Of a stretch of 64,000 bases of DNA, positions 11,011 to 24,950 are shown in pieces (position 1 is the first letter of the stretch; the number at the start of each line of letters is the position of its first letter). Source of the stretch: Octopus bimaculoides. Taxonomy: Eukaryota. Position numbers and translations under genes: made by a program. The stretch covers positions 99,563,761 to 99,627,760 of the forward strand of contig NC_068984.1 of NCBI RefSeq assembly GCF_001194135.2. Direction: 5' to 3'. The notes under the pieces were generated by a model. That model searched no databases, had not been told where the DNA came from, and saw only the letters and a list, made by a program, of their open reading frames with translations.

Positions 11011-11480
11011 ATTATATATATGTTTGGAATATATATATTGGCTGACATTGATCAATGTAGGTGCAGTCATATGGGAACACACACATATATATGAATAGAT
11101 GTTGTTATGATGAGAATGGCCTGAGAATGGCCTCTGAATGTTCAGTTATTTGAGCAACTGAACTACCTACTTATTGTAGGTAGTTCAGAATAGCCAATTG
11201 AGCATTCCTCCCTAGCCTTAAGGTAATTCCTTAACAAAATCAATGTGGCACAGTGTGACAACCTACCCAACAGGCTTCTACACAATTTCCTTCTACCCAA
11301 TCCCCCCCCCCACCAAGGCTACAGCAAAGACATTTCCCCAATAGGCCAACACAAGGAGCCAAACCTGGAATCTCATAATTGCAAGATGAATCAAAATATT
11401 TAGCCATACTTGTGTCTGAACATATATTTATAGACACAAGTATGTATACATGCATTTTTTTTTAACAAACACACACACAC

Positions 11481-11673
11481 ATTTAGAACGCTATTTGTTA
11501 TGGCTAAGTAGAGAGTGACAATTGGTTTCACACATATGAAGCTGTATGGGTGAGTCATTAGACTTAAATAGCCAGAAGCACATAGTCTGACAACTCACCT
11601 ATGCAGTTAAATGCTTTATAGGTGTGAAACCAATGGTCACTCTCTGACTGGCAAAACAAACACCTTTCTAAGT
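11481..11673. mobile_element. Fold-back element made of two inverted, core-mutated hammerhead copies
   Basis: Arms are reverse complements around a 19-nt loop. Right arm AGT-CTGACAA...GAAACC AAT GGTC-ACT. Left arm on the minus strand AGT-CTAATGA...GAAAC CAATT GTC-ACT. Confidence 0.75.
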
Positions 11674-11764
11674 ATACTACAGCTCTGTTTTAGAGTGTGC
11701 TTCTTTTTTGGATATATGAACCTACTGACCTATATATATATATATTTTTATTTTCTTTTATTCT

Positions 11765-12188
<424 letters not shown>

Positions 12189-13307
12189 CATACATACCAG
12201 CAGGGTTGAGAGGCCTCTTTCGTCCTATTGAAAGTGTGACAACTTCTCTAATACTAACACTGTCATGATAAAATGCACCCAGTTTTCATCTTTATTTTAT
12301 ATCTACCTTCCTTACTGGTATGATTTGGACAGTTCCACAGGAGGACTGCATCATGCACCAGTTTCTCAAATTTGTTTTTTTTTCTTTCTAAGGTTGGATA
12401 CTCTTTCCTCGTGAGGATCAATTAGCATGATTAGAAACAGTACTTTTTCTGTAGCACCAGCACTTATGAGGTCTTCTTGTAACTGGCAAGATGAAAGAAT
12501 TACCATAATTGAAAGGAGAATAGGAGAAAGAGGGCAGAATGTTTCGGGGAAAATAACGAGTGGGTGAATTATAATGAAAAGAGCAGTTTATAATTGTACA
12601 AGAATAGAAGTGGAGAAAGTGACAAAATAGATACTGTTGGAAAATGGGAGAATGAAAGGAATAGAGGAAAGAGTAAGGGATCGAAAAATGTGAGGAGTTT
12701 GTAAGAAAGAGAAAAATAAAGTAGAAAAAGTAATAGGATGGGCTGTGCAGTTTGGAGGAATCCATTACTATCCCATGTTATGATGGTGAATATGGGCTGA
12801 GGATGTGGAAGGGAGAGGAAGAGATGCAGGTAATGAGGGGTGATGTGGCTGTGGAGAGAGGGTTATTGCAGCTTATGAGAAATGTGAGGGTTAGAGTGTG
12901 AAGAAAGGGAGAGATGAGAGAATGTTGTGGTGGCAGAGAAAATGTGGAGAGAAGACAGTGAGAGAAAGAAGGGCAGTGATTAGGGGAATCAGTGAGTGAA
13001 TGTAGTGACAGAAAAGTGAGACTGGAGAAGACAGCAGAGCTGGAAAGTAGAGAAGTAGAAGGTGAATGCATTTGATGTATTCCAAGAGAAAGAGTGGCAG
13101 GTGAGGAACAGTGAATTGATGCAATAAGAACCCCAGCCACTCACTGTGTGATGGAACTCTCTCCTCTGTTTGCATGCTTGCTCAAAAGAGCAGGATTTCT
13201 TAAGAGAGCAGGCTTTCTCCAGTATGGTGATGAGATGTGTATGTGTGAAAACAATACAATCATTTCACTACATTCCAGTTTTCTAGTTTGATGATGTTGG
13301 TGATGAG

Positions 13308-13345
<38 letters not shown>

Positions 13346-13714
13346 AAGTAGGGTTACATTATCCAGTGTGTTGTTCCTTTATTAAAATGGAAAGATGTGA
13401 TTTGAGGGATATTTTTAGCTACTATTTCACATAGAATCTGTCTGATTACGACATGAAGTAGGAGTGAATGGTTAATAAATGATTGAGAAAAAGGCCATGA
13501 ATAAATAAATGCACTGTACTAACTGGCTGGATCTTATCAAAGATTGTTAACAACAGAAATGATGGCAGAAGATGAAATGTGGAGATAATTGATAAAAGAT
13601 TAAGTGATTTGAAATGAAAACCAGCTTCTGATAAGTCTTGTGATGGTTGGCAATGGCAACAAAATTTAGTAAACAAAATTTGCAATGACATAGAAAAAAT
13701 GATGAATTGGCAGA

Positions 13715-14082
13715 CTTGTTAGGGTTTTAGTTTAGCTTGCTTCCCTACCACATGGTTCCAGGTTCAACCCCACTGCATGGCATCTTAGTGTCTTCTGCTA
13801 TAGCCTCAGGCTGACCAAAGCCTTGTGAGTGAATCTGGTTGACAGAAATTGAAAGTTGAAAGAAGCCTGTCGAATGTGTATGTGTGTGTGTGTGTGTGTG
13901 TGTGTATCTGTGTTTGTCTTCCATCACTGATTGACAGCTGGTGTTGGTATGTTTATGTCCCTGTAACTTAGCAGTTCAGTAAAAAAAAAGACCAATAGAA
14001 CAAGTATTGGTGTCGGTTCGACTAAAATTCTTTAAGGCCCCAGCATGGCTACAGTCTAATGAGTGAGTCAAGTAAAAGGTAA
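13715..14082 (+). mobile_element. SINE family B copy
   Basis: GCTTGCTTCCCTACCACATGGTTCCAGGTTCAACCC head, same body and tail as 7175-7563. Confidence 0.85.
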
Positions 14083-14369
14083 ACAATAATACAAATCAAC
14101 TACAATAAATTTCAACACAACAAAACATTTATATAGTTAAAAACATTTTTTTCTGATTAATATTTCTTTAAATTTAATAATAGTTAACAATCCAAGGGAG
14201 CAGCTTATATTTAAATACTTCTTAATCACTGCCTCTATCATATGAAAAAATATACTCACAAGATCTCATGCTACTGCTGGCTACCTTGAGGTATAACTGA
14301 AGACAACCTGCATTTACAGTATTCACAGAGCATTGAAGAGCACACTGAATAATATTATCAAAGTAGTTC

Positions 14370-14582
14370 AAGGTGGTGAGCTGGCAGAATCATTCACATG
14401 CTGAGCAAAATGCTTAGTAGCATTTTGTCTGTCCTTATGTTCTGAGTTGAAATTCCGCTGAGGTCAACTTTTCCTTTCAGCCTTTCAGGGTCAATAAAAT
14501 ATGTACCAGTCAAGCACTGGGGTCAATGCAATCAACTTACACCCTCCTCCAAACTTGCTGGCCTTGTGCCAAAATTTGAAAC
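14370..14582 (+). mobile_element. SINE family A copy
   Basis: GGTGGTGAGCTGGCAGAATC head and GAGGTCAACTTTTCCTTTCAGCCTTTCAGGGTCAATAAAAT core. Confidence 0.85.
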
Positions 14583-14615
14583 TAATATTATGAAAGTAGT
14601 TCATAGTTATTGCAG

Positions 14616-14651
14616 ACAGAAATAGAGTTGAAACTACTGCATATGAACAAG
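14616..14651 (+). CDS. Candidate 36-nt exon, frame ambiguous
   Basis: TTATTGCAG acceptor and AAG|GTGTGT donor. Open as TEIELKLLHMNK or (x)RNRVETTAYEQ(x). Confidence 0.2.
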
Positions 14652-15619
14652 GTGTGTGTTATTTGAATATGATTCAAGTTTGGTACCTTTTGTCAAACAC
14701 AGCACCAGTTTGTTAAGTAACAAAAAGTAAAAGTGGTTGAGAGATAAACACAGAGAGAAAAACAACATAGTTTTGTGTGAACTGTCTAGTGATTCTTGTC
14801 TCATATTGAATTTGGCAGCTTTTTATATTTGAGAGCAATGGTTCAAAACTCAGCAGGGGTTTCCCTGCACTAACAGCATATGTTCTACCCCTTCATTAAC
14901 AGAGAAAGTCTCTTTCTTACCAGTTGAATTGATAGTTCCTTGAACTTTCAGAACGCTCTCCTCTGTTGCTAATTAGATTATCTATGTCAAGGAAGCTTTC
15001 AACTACTTCAGTTGAGCCTTCTTAGTATTTGAAATTCATTTCACAATTGCTGTTAGTGCTAATTATGCTAATTATACTTGTATGTCTCTCACATAAAAGT
15101 CTTCCTTCTGTCAACTTGTCTATGATTCCATTATATCTTCATACACATTTAGTTTAGATTGGATGTCCCATATGAATTCCTACCCACTTTCCTGCATACT
15201 GTGTGTAACCATTTCACAGATGGTAGTAGAATCTTATCTTCTTTACCTGTTAATTAAAACTTTTGTCTGCATTTGATTTACTTTTTTGAGGCCTTCTAAT
15301 TTGAGGCTTTGCTTCTAGTTTTGGAACTTTTTCTCTAAATCTTTGATATATGAGAACATCCAGAATTTAGCATAGCCAGAAAGTTTTATATTCCTCTATT
15401 ATGGCTGGTGAATAATAATAAACTGAAGTGGGCTGAGATCCAAGACTTGATGGACACTTATCTGCATGTTAAATTCCTTGTTGAATTCTTTGTCAAATAT
15501 TGCATTGCTGACAGCATCTCTGTATACAGCTTACATAACTCTTAAACATACCTGAATGTACATCCATAATTATGCATGTATGCATATATGCATGTATGTA
15601 TGTCAGTCAATCAGCCATT

Positions 15620-16510
15620 ATTCAGTTTTATTCGAGACTTCTTGCCAATAGAGAAAGAGTTGGTTTCTAACCAAGATCCAAAATTCGCTCACTGGAATTT
15701 CAACAACATCAACAGGGTATTTTAGCATGTATATATGTATATGTGCAGTATTTGGAGTCAGTGCATGTTCAGATTTTATATGTTTCGTTTTATGTGTGTA
15801 TTCTCATGGCTAGACATGCACATATACATTTAAATGATAAACTTTCTGAAAAGTTTTACAAATTTTTACAGTTCCAGTGATGGCTTGGATCTGTAGTGTT
15901 TGAATCAACCTTCTCATTTCTGGTTTTGTGAAGTCAAATTTCTCAAGACTGGTACTTAGGCAGTGTGTTACATATCCCTGTGCCCCAATAATTACAAGTA
16001 TAAATATGAACTTGCAATCTGTGCAGAGTAACTGTAGATTTCTCAATAGTTGACTATAGGTATTTTCTTTTATGCTGATCTTTAGCTTTATGTTAGAATC
16101 TGCTGGATAGCTGATTTCCACTACTGTACATAGTTTCTCTTTTCTGTCCCAAATCACTATGTCAGGTCTATTATATTTACATTTTGCTGAGGTTTGCACT
16201 GGGACATTCCACCAGTACTCTTTCTTATTATGAGTGGCAATGGCCTCTACAATATTGTGAGTTCTTATTTCTTTGGCCTTAGGGTTATCCTGACAGGTCT
16301 TATTATACAGTGTCCTGGCTACAACATCATGTCTCATCGGTAGATAATACTACAATGACATTTTTGGACAATTGCTTATAATGTGGGTGATATCTTCAAT
16401 CATAACTCCACAAAGTCTGCATTGGTTATCACATTTTGGTGTTTTCCCTGAGTCTCTGTTCCTTTTGTGCATCAGGTATTTGGTTGATATTTCCTGTTCC
16501 TGGACTGCAA
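15620..16510 (-). mobile_element. R4/Dong-type (RLE) LINE 3' fragment
   Basis: CCHC knuckle CRLCGVMIEDITHIISNCPK, then RHDVVAR, RPDIVIWD...VVEIS, KENTYSQL of the restriction-like endonuclease. Confidence 0.9.
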
Positions 16511-16879
16511 ATGTATGTCCTTCAAAGTTGCATGTATATATGTATGTATAAGGACAAGCATGGATGTGTTCTTAAGTTTGCTTCCCAACCACATGATTTG
16601 GGGTTCAGTCCCATTGTGTGGTTCCTTGGGCAAGTGTCTTTTGCTATAGCTCAGACCAAAAGCCTTGTAAGTAGATTTGATAGGTGGAAACAGAAAAAAG
16701 CCTATTGCATCATCATCATCATTATCACCACCATCATCATCATTTAACATTTGTTTTGCATACTAGCATGGGTTGGACAGCTTGACAGGATCTGGCAAGC
16801 AGTAAGGCCATGTCAATCTCAAATATCAGCTTTGACATAGTTTCTAAGGCTGGATGTTTTTTTTTTTTAACACCAACCA

Positions 16880-17260
16880 CTTTACTGAGTGCTTTTTTCA
16901 TGCTCCTGGCAGTTGTGAAGCTGCTGTGTAACTTGCAAGACAGAAAACCTGGCACTCTGTCAGTTATGACAATGAGGGTTCCAGTTGATCCGATCAACAG
17001 TACAGCCTGCTTGTGAAATTAATGTGAAAGTGACTGAGCTCTCCACAAATCATGTACCCCTTAGTTAGTTCTCGGGGAGATTCAGTGTGACACAGAATGT
17101 GACAAGGCTAGCCCTTTCAAATAGAAGTACTAAACATTTTTGCCAGCTGAATGGACTGAAACAATGTGAAATAAAGTATCTTGCTCAAGGACAGATGTAC
17201 CAGGAATCGAACTCATGACAGTGAGCCGAATACCCTAACCACTAAGACATGTACCTTTAC
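16880..17260 (-). mobile_element. tRNA-derived SINE (family C)
   Basis: Minus-strand head TCTTAGTGGTTAGGGTATTCGGCTCAC...GAGTTCGATTCCTGG, then CCTTGAGCAAGATACTTTATTTCACATTG. A related copy lies at about 26040-26370. Confidence 0.7.
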
Positions 17261-17574
17261 TACAAGACAGAAAAAGAGGGAAAAGTATTCGAGAGGGGAA
17301 GGTGGAAGTGGGTGGCTTTATGCCATATGTCGAGAGACTAAAGTATGAGTGACAAGCACATGTATCTTGCAGCTACAGATGATATATGGCTGAAGGAAAT
17401 AAAAGAAAGGAAGTGATGGGGTGCTAGAGCAAACTGTTAAGATACAGGAGGGTGAACATAAGAGAGGTTATGGGCAGTGCAAGAAAAAAGTAAGAAAAGA
17501 GGAGTGGTACCCCCCATCTTCACCCCTCCCACATGTCCAAGCATAAGAGAGTAGTTTTGAGATAACATTTTTGT

Positions 17575-17850
17575 TATAATGGACAGCGAAACACCATCAT
17601 AAGGCTCAGTATCTTGTCAGTCTTCACTATTCTGTCCCATGTCCATCTGGGTCTCCTTCTTCCACAAGTTCCTCACTTCTTTATGCAACAATGCTCATCC
17701 ATATACATCACAGGACCAAACCAGCACGGTCTTCTCTCTTGCACACTACACTTGATTTCTTTTATGCATAACTTTTCTCTCAAAACGTAAGCACTTTGTC
17801 ATACAGGCATACTGATGCTTCACATCCAGTTAGTTTTGTTCCTCTCTTGT
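17575..17850 (-). mobile_element. RTE LINE fragment (post-RT region)
   Basis: Similar to 27350-27710 (LRWFG-type region, GRPRKT-like motif). Confidence 0.7.
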
Positions 17851-19506
17851 TTTTGCATGTCCTCTACATTCAGGACCAATGACTCATTACCATGTAGTAT
17901 TGCTGTATGTACTCAAGCATTATCATTCAACCACGGCAGTGGTTGAATATATTCTTAAGTCTACCATTTCGTCAATCGCAACAGATTCCAAGCTTCACCA
18001 CTAATTTAGTTCTCAACCAAATTGCAAACTGTTAATAGTTTTAAAGAGGACACCCCCTCCCACACCATTGCTACTATGGCATAAATAGTTTGAGATTTGG
18101 TTCAGTAGAAAAAAAAAGTTACATCAAAATATCTGTGACCTTAAGGGGGGCAGTAAGGCAGATATTCATCTTTAATTAACATAAATTTTTTAATTTTAAA
18201 TCAAAAGTATATGTTTCTTAGGCTTAAATGATAAAAAAATGCATGAGGAATTCAGAATCATTAGTTGTATTGAACAAAAATTAGTAGAAAAACAGTTATG
18301 AAGTAAAATATTATGAAATTTTATGTCAGTAAGTAAGGAAGTAAGGGATTAATGCTTAAGCAATAAGAATAAAGAATATATTTCTAAAATGAATATTTAC
18401 ATTCTAACGCGGTGAGCTGGCAGAAGTATTAGCATGCTGGGCAAAATGCTTAGCGGTATTTCATCTGTCTTTACGTTTTGATTTCAAATTTCACCGAGGT
18501 CGACTTTGACGTACAGGTTATTTAATTAATTTTTTTTAACTAAACACTTTCAAACTTCCAATACTGGTAGATTGTGCCACATAGAACAGGGTCTACTCTT
18601 ATCGATTTTGACAAAATTTTGTATTTTAGAAGTTATTTCGTCAGAATTTACAGTGACAATGGACAAATTCGTGTTTGATAAGTGCCAATACACGAAAAAC
18701 ACGCAGCTTTTGACTTACTCTCTAACTTCTGTCAATGATATATACACATATTACATGTATGTGTAAAAAAATCTCCTCACACAATTGAACCACTGAAAGA
18801 GCCACTACCTGGCTACTCGACACGCTAAAAATAGCAGCCAAAGTATCCCCCTACCTAAATCACACACCCATTGTATGTAATGTCCTAGATTATCCCTAAA
18901 AAGACAGTTTGCTGAAGGCTGGAATGTCTTTGAGGATTGATTTGCAGTATCAGGGTTGATTTGAGGCTAAATAACATCATGGTAAATATCTATATTAACA
19001 CCCGAACGATTTTCACTAAATGAAAAAACAAAAAATTTGATTTTTTGCGTGGAATCAAGTACCCTGACCTCCTAATATGCTGTAAATCCCTTATTTTGGT
19101 TCGGAAAAATGAGATGGGGATTTCCCCCACCAATCCTGGAATCATTGGAAATTTTTTTTTCATTGAATGAATTCCTATGACCTCCTAATATTGCAAAATT
19201 GGGTTACTTAAGGTGAGCCTGGTAACTGATGGTTTTAGGGTCTTGTTGTTTGTAACTTTTGGTGAGCCTTGGTTTAACCAACAACATGGTAAAAATCCTT
19301 GCCATTAATTTGGTGTTGATGGGTAATATCAAATAATTCAATCACAACATATATTTAAATTAAATATGAAATAAATTGAAATATTATCATCACTTACATC
19401 CAAAAACTGAAATATTATCTTTCAGTATTTTATAAGGTAAAATCTTAAATTATTAATTGACACATTATTAATTATCTTATAACAGTAATACCTGGAAAAA
19501 TCATGG

Positions 19507-20028
19507 ATTACATGAAAAAATGCGAGCATGAAAAGTCATATTCTTAAGATTATAAACCTGGAAAAGTACAGGACAAGTTATTACACCTGTAAAAGTATAG
19601 GACAAGCTATTACTTCTAGTAAAGTAAAGAATAAGAAACGTCTTACTTAAAATATTGCAGCTAAAATTAAAATTTGAATAATAAAAGTTATTTTATTATA
19701 ATTTACAAATAACACTATACTTATTTATGTAGAATTTGGCTAATTTACTACCTTAAATACAGAAAAAAGTGATTAATTAGACAAACTTACAAGTTAGCTG
19801 AATAGTTTTTTTACAATAAATTTAAAAGGTGAAAACTGTAAAGAGTGATAAATTAGAAGAACTGGCATTCTTTGCTGCAATGTTTTAAGTAAAAAGTTTC
19901 TTATTCTTTACTTTACTACAAGTAATAGCTTGTCCTATACTTTTAAAGGTGTAATAACTTGTCCTGTACTTTACCAGGTTTATAATCTTAAGAATATTAC
20001 TTTTCATGCTCGCATTTTTCCATGTAAT
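19507..20028. mobile_element. Fold-back/MITE-like element with ~160-bp TIRs containing tandem subrepeats
   Basis: 19507-19665 is the near-perfect reverse complement of 19871-20028. Each arm has two ~27-bp AAAAGTAYAGGACAAGYTATTAC units. Confidence 0.85.
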
Positions 20029-20029
20029 A

Positions 20030-20400
20030 AAATCTGCCTTTCACTTTGAGAGGGAGAGCTTTTGCAGCCAACAAAGATAGTAGCTCTCTGAACTTCCTCC
20101 ATCCTATTCTTATTCTAGCAACTACACTTTCAGGACATCCTCCTCCACTGCTAATTAGGCCACCTGGGTAACAGAAATTATCTGCCAACACTAGGGAGCC
20201 TCTTGACATTTGAGAAAATCAATTTTCTGAAAATCCTTAGTCTTTGAGTCACCTGTACATCTTCCACATACAAACACAGCTTTCTCTGTTTACCTATCTG
20301 TAATTCCACTGAACTATTTGTGTTGGTAGCTTGCACTGAGTACTCTTAAGGATTTCTGCCTAAACCTTTTCTACATATTGGTCAAGGCCATTTACCTCAT
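20030..20400 (-). mobile_element. RTE LINE RT fragment
   Basis: DNFCYPGGLISSGGGCPESVVARIRIGWRKFRELLSLL...LPLKVKGRFY resembles the RTE RT region after the catalytic motif. Confidence 0.85.
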
Positions 20401-20639
20401 GTGGACAGAGTTGTAGCTGTTTCCTTGCTTACTAGAACTTTGGTCTTTGTTAAATTAACTTTAAGGCCCTTCGTTCCAGGTTTTGCTTCCACACTCAGAA
20501 TTTCTTTTTAATTATGCTACAGATTCTATGTCAGCAATACATGTGTGTGTATACATGTGTGTGCATGTGAGTGTGTGTGTTTTTGTATGCATATATATTT
20601 ACGTATATGCAAATATCTATCTATATACACACAGACACA

Positions 20640-20700
<61 letters not shown>

Positions 20701-22668
20701 GAATATTACTTTCTATAACATTTATCCTCCTCCTCTTCTTCATGATAAGCATCATGGACTCATATATTCTGATCTAGGGAAAAATTTACTTTCTTCATAT
20801 GCACTTAGCATTAGAGACACCAGTATCAAGTTAGTAGCAATGGTGTGGGAGGGGTGACAGAAGAGGCAAAGAAAAACAAAAAGCAAAAAAAAAAAATGCG
20901 AAAATGCGGATCATCTGCTAAAATTATTATCGGACAGTGAGAAATAGAAAACAAGAGGGTCTATAAGTAAATCATAATTATTGAATAAGTAGAAAGAGCT
21001 ATAGATATAAAAATAAAACTGCTGTAACTTAACTTGACATGGATGCTGAGATAAGAGGTGCATAAATCGATGCATCAGGTGGAGATAAATGGTAAGGAAG
21101 TAACTGGAAATTATTGGCAAGCTGCTAACAGTCTCACAGAAGACACAATAGGTTGTTGTATTTTTAGTTCCATAACGTGTTAACAAGATCCTGTGCAAAG
21201 TAACTGCCACTTGGCATCAACATGATTATTATTGTTATCTATTATTGAGTGGGGCAGAAGCACATGCCATGAAGGTGATGCTGGGGGTACAAATATACGA
21301 TGGCCAATATACCCATCTGATAACGTTACACCAGGCACATGCATCACAACCATAAGTGCTCAACATGGTGACCTCATATGAAGATAAACAACACATGATC
21401 TTGTAGGTGGGGCCCAGTTAGAATTTTATTACTATTGTTGTTGTTGTTGTTGTTGAGAGAGCAGCACATGCCATCAAAGTGTCACTGGGATACTATTATT
21501 CTCATTATTATTTACCATTAAGTTGAGTTGTAATCCCCCTGTAATAGATAAGTAATCTGTTTCTGCTGGGCAGTGATATTGAAGAAAATTTAGAGAAGAT
21601 TATGATTACAGTAGAAGGGATGGTGACGATGATGATGATGATATGAAATATGTGTACTTGTGTAGATGTGAGTATGCCACATGTGTGTTTGTATATGTGA
21701 CTATGCCTCTGTGTGTGTATGTTATATGTTATTGGTCTCTCAATGTATTTTAGTTTGAGAACTACAAGGAAACTCTTCACTTTGAGTACTTCAGATAAAT
21801 TCAAAATAATTTGCTACTCTGAATAAAAGTATTTTACATTGAATTGCTGAATATGAAATATCTATTCATTACATTAATTTGGTATTGGAAAAATCTCTTT
21901 CAGTCTAGATACATAAAGTTACTATATATAGCAATACGCACACATATATCATAATCATCATCGTCGTCGTCATCATAATTATCGTCATCTTCATCATTTA
22001 GGTCTGCTTTCAATGCTGGTATGTTATCCATAGTCTAAGTCAAAGACTGACAGTATACGTACTAGGCTTTTTTTAAGTTCTGATACTTATATAAGAACTG
22101 GGGCTGATATTCAATGTCTAAGCCCTTGAAAGTGATGTCCCAGCATAGGCAAAGTCAATGACCACAACAATTAAAACAAAAGAATAAAGAAATAAAACAA
22201 CACACTCATATACATACATAATTACACAAACATGCATACATGCTCATACATATATATGCATTTGTGTACACACACACATACACTTATATATGTGGTTATG
22301 TGCTTAGAAGTTTGCTTACCAACTATATGGTACTACGTTTGGTCCCACTACGTGGCACCTTAGGTAAGTGTCTTCTACTATAGCCTCAGGCCAACCAAAG
22401 CTTTGAGAGTGGATTTAGCAGACAAAAATTGAAAGAAGCCCATTGTATATATACGTATACAATGTAATTATTTTAATCTCTAGTACTGATATGAAATTTG
22501 TTAAAAAATTATAATAGTATATCCTGTATGTTGGAAATCTTTATGGTAGTCTGTGTCCGAGATGAGCGGTTTATTTCAAATTAATGTAATGTTTTCATTG
22601 ATCGATTCAATGGAGCTGCTTGAAACAACCATAATGCACTGATACCTGGACATTCTTGTTACTTATTT

Positions 22669-23100
22669 NNNNNNNNNNNNNNNNNNNNNNNNNNNNNNNN
22701 NNNNNNNNNNNNNNNNNNNNNNNNNNNNNNNNNNNNNNNNNNNNNNNNNNNNNNNNNNNNNNNNNNNNNNNNNNNNNNNNNNNNNNNNNNNNNNNNNNNN
22801 NNNNNNNNNNNNNNNNNNNNNNNNNNNNNNNNNNNNNNNNNNNNNNNNNNNNNNNNNNNNNNNNNNNNNNNNNNNNNNNNNNNNNNNNNNNNNNNNNNNN
22901 NNNNNNNNNNNNNNNNNNNNNNNNNNNNNNNNNNNNNNNNNNNNNNNNNNNNNNNNNNNNNNNNNNNNNNNNNNNNNNNNNNNNNNNNNNNNNNNNNNNN
23001 NNNNNNNNNNNNNNNNNNNNNNNNNNNNNNNNNNNNNNNNNNNNNNNNNNNNNNNNNNNNNNNNNNNNNNNNNNNNNNNNNNNNNNNNNNNNNNNNNNNN
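22669..23100. other. Assembly gap
   Basis: N run. Other large gaps: 26422-27074, 36529-37220, 38417-39194, 44657-45416, 53557-54312. Most are flanked by (TA)n/(CA)n or a SINE tail. Confidence 1.
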
Positions 23101-23167
<67 letters not shown>

Positions 23168-23806
23168 ATGTGTATGCACATGCATGTGCATGCATGTATC
23201 GGTGTATGTATTTACTCTGCACTTTGCTGACTACTATGAGCTACTAGTGATGTTATTTTTGTTATTTCACTTGTTAACGTATTGTCTGTTGTCTTTGTGT
23301 GCCTTTGAAGAGATCCCATACTTGAAAAACAGTTTTAGTGACAAGGGCATCTAGCTGTAGAAATGACCTCAATAATACATGGGCATATGGTTATGGTCCA
23401 GTCCCTCTGAAAGGCCCCTCAAGCAACTGTCTTCTCTTGCCCCAAGCTCCCTAGTTCTTTGTGAGTGACTGTGGCAGATGATAAAACCTGTTGTGTGTGT
23501 GTATGTGTGTGTGTGTGTGTGCACATGTGCATGCACGTGTGTGTGCACGTGTGCATGCATGTGTGTGCATATGCATGTGTGGTTCTTTATTTCTCACCAC
23601 TTGACAAGTTGCATCTGTTTGTGTCCCTGTAACTCAGTTGAACAGTTAAAAAAACCCCAACAGGATAAGTATGAGCATTAAAATAAATAATTAGGGTTGA
23701 TATGATTGTTTAAATTTCTTAAGGCAGTGTCCCAGCCTGGCAACTGTCTCAAAGAAGTAAAAGAATATAAATACATTTGTGTATACACATTCACATATGC
23801 ACACAG

Positions 23807-23839
<33 letters not shown>

Positions 23840-24122
23840 GATACGTTGGTAGGTAGACAGGTAGATGCAGATATATCTTTTATTTTTTACTTGTTTCAAT
23901 CATTAGACTGCGGCCATGCAAGAGAACTGCCTCAAAGAAATTTTAGCCACATGAAATTACCCCAGTATTTCTTTTTAAGCCTGGTACTTATTTTATCTTA
24001 CTTATTTTATCTTTTTTGCTGAACTGCAAAGTTATGGAGACATAAACACACCAACACCGGTTGCCAAGTGGTGGTGGTGGGGGATGAATACAGACGCAAA
24101 GACACACACACATGCATATATA

Positions 24123-24455
24123 CAGGGTGCAATGAGTAAATTGTTGTCATTTTATTTTTTTAATTTCATGCATGCACATTGTTTGCTTTAGATTTTGTCG
24201 ACTACACAGTATAGTAGGGTAAGTTGGGCACTGTCTGTGAGAAAAACAGCACCATGACGCAATTCACATTGCCAGAAATTTGGGAAAATGCTGTACTGCT
24301 TGGCATTTGTGCTGAAAGCTCCAATACAAGTATTTCAGAGTGTTTATCTGAGGACAGTGCAGAGTTGGATGAGCCTAATAGTGATTATGAAGGCACAGCA
24401 GCCTGGAAAACTCACTCTGATAGTTGTGATAAGAAAAGTAAAATTTGAAGTGGCG
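24123..24455 (+). mobile_element. 5' fragment of a Tc1/mariner-superfamily transposon
   Basis: TA|CAGGGTGCAATGAG terminus. Frameshifted HTH region MTQFTLPEIW...AVLLGI.AESSNT.ISECL...LRTVQ...ELDEPNSDYEGTAA. Confidence 0.7.
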
Positions 24456-24539
24456 GGAAGAATACAAGGATGTCAAATTACTATAAATAGACATATGCGA
24501 TAGGTTAGTGATAGGTAGGAATCAAAGAGGAGGAAAGAA

Positions 24540-24950
24540 GGTATAATGACATATGTACGCATGTACTCACATACATATATATATGTGTGAATATGTATAC
24601 ATACATATACACGCACACACACACATATATACAAACATATGCATACACCTATACATACACATGCATATATACATATGCAAGCTCACGTGCATCCATGTGA
24701 CTGTATGCGTGTGACTCTATCCATGTGACTATGCGTGTGACTGTAAATGCATGTGCATGTATATATACATGTATGTGCATGCATCTATGTGTATGAATAC
24801 ATTTACGGATGCGAGTGAGCTTGCATGTGTATATATGCATGTGTATGTATTGGTGTATGTATATGTCTGTATATATATGTGTGTATGCATGTATATGTAT
24901 GTATACATATTTGCACGTATATATGTGAGTGCATGCATGCATATGTCATT
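24540..24950. repeat. Degenerate alternating purine-pyrimidine (CA/TA/TG) microsatellite
   Basis: Directly visible; one of dozens of (TA)n/(CA)n/(TG)n tracts in the window. Confidence 0.9.

Noticed and set aside
12405-12445. CTCGTGA-G-GATCA/TGATT-AGAAAC-AGTACT hammerhead-like relic
   Set aside because: Two core changes, no cleavage triplet and no stem I; too degenerate to call, though possibly of the same origin.
18140-19215. TTAAGGGGGG and TTAACACCC starts suggestive of Kolobok/piggyBac termini
   Set aside because: No matching inverted partner end was found, so the elements cannot be delimited.
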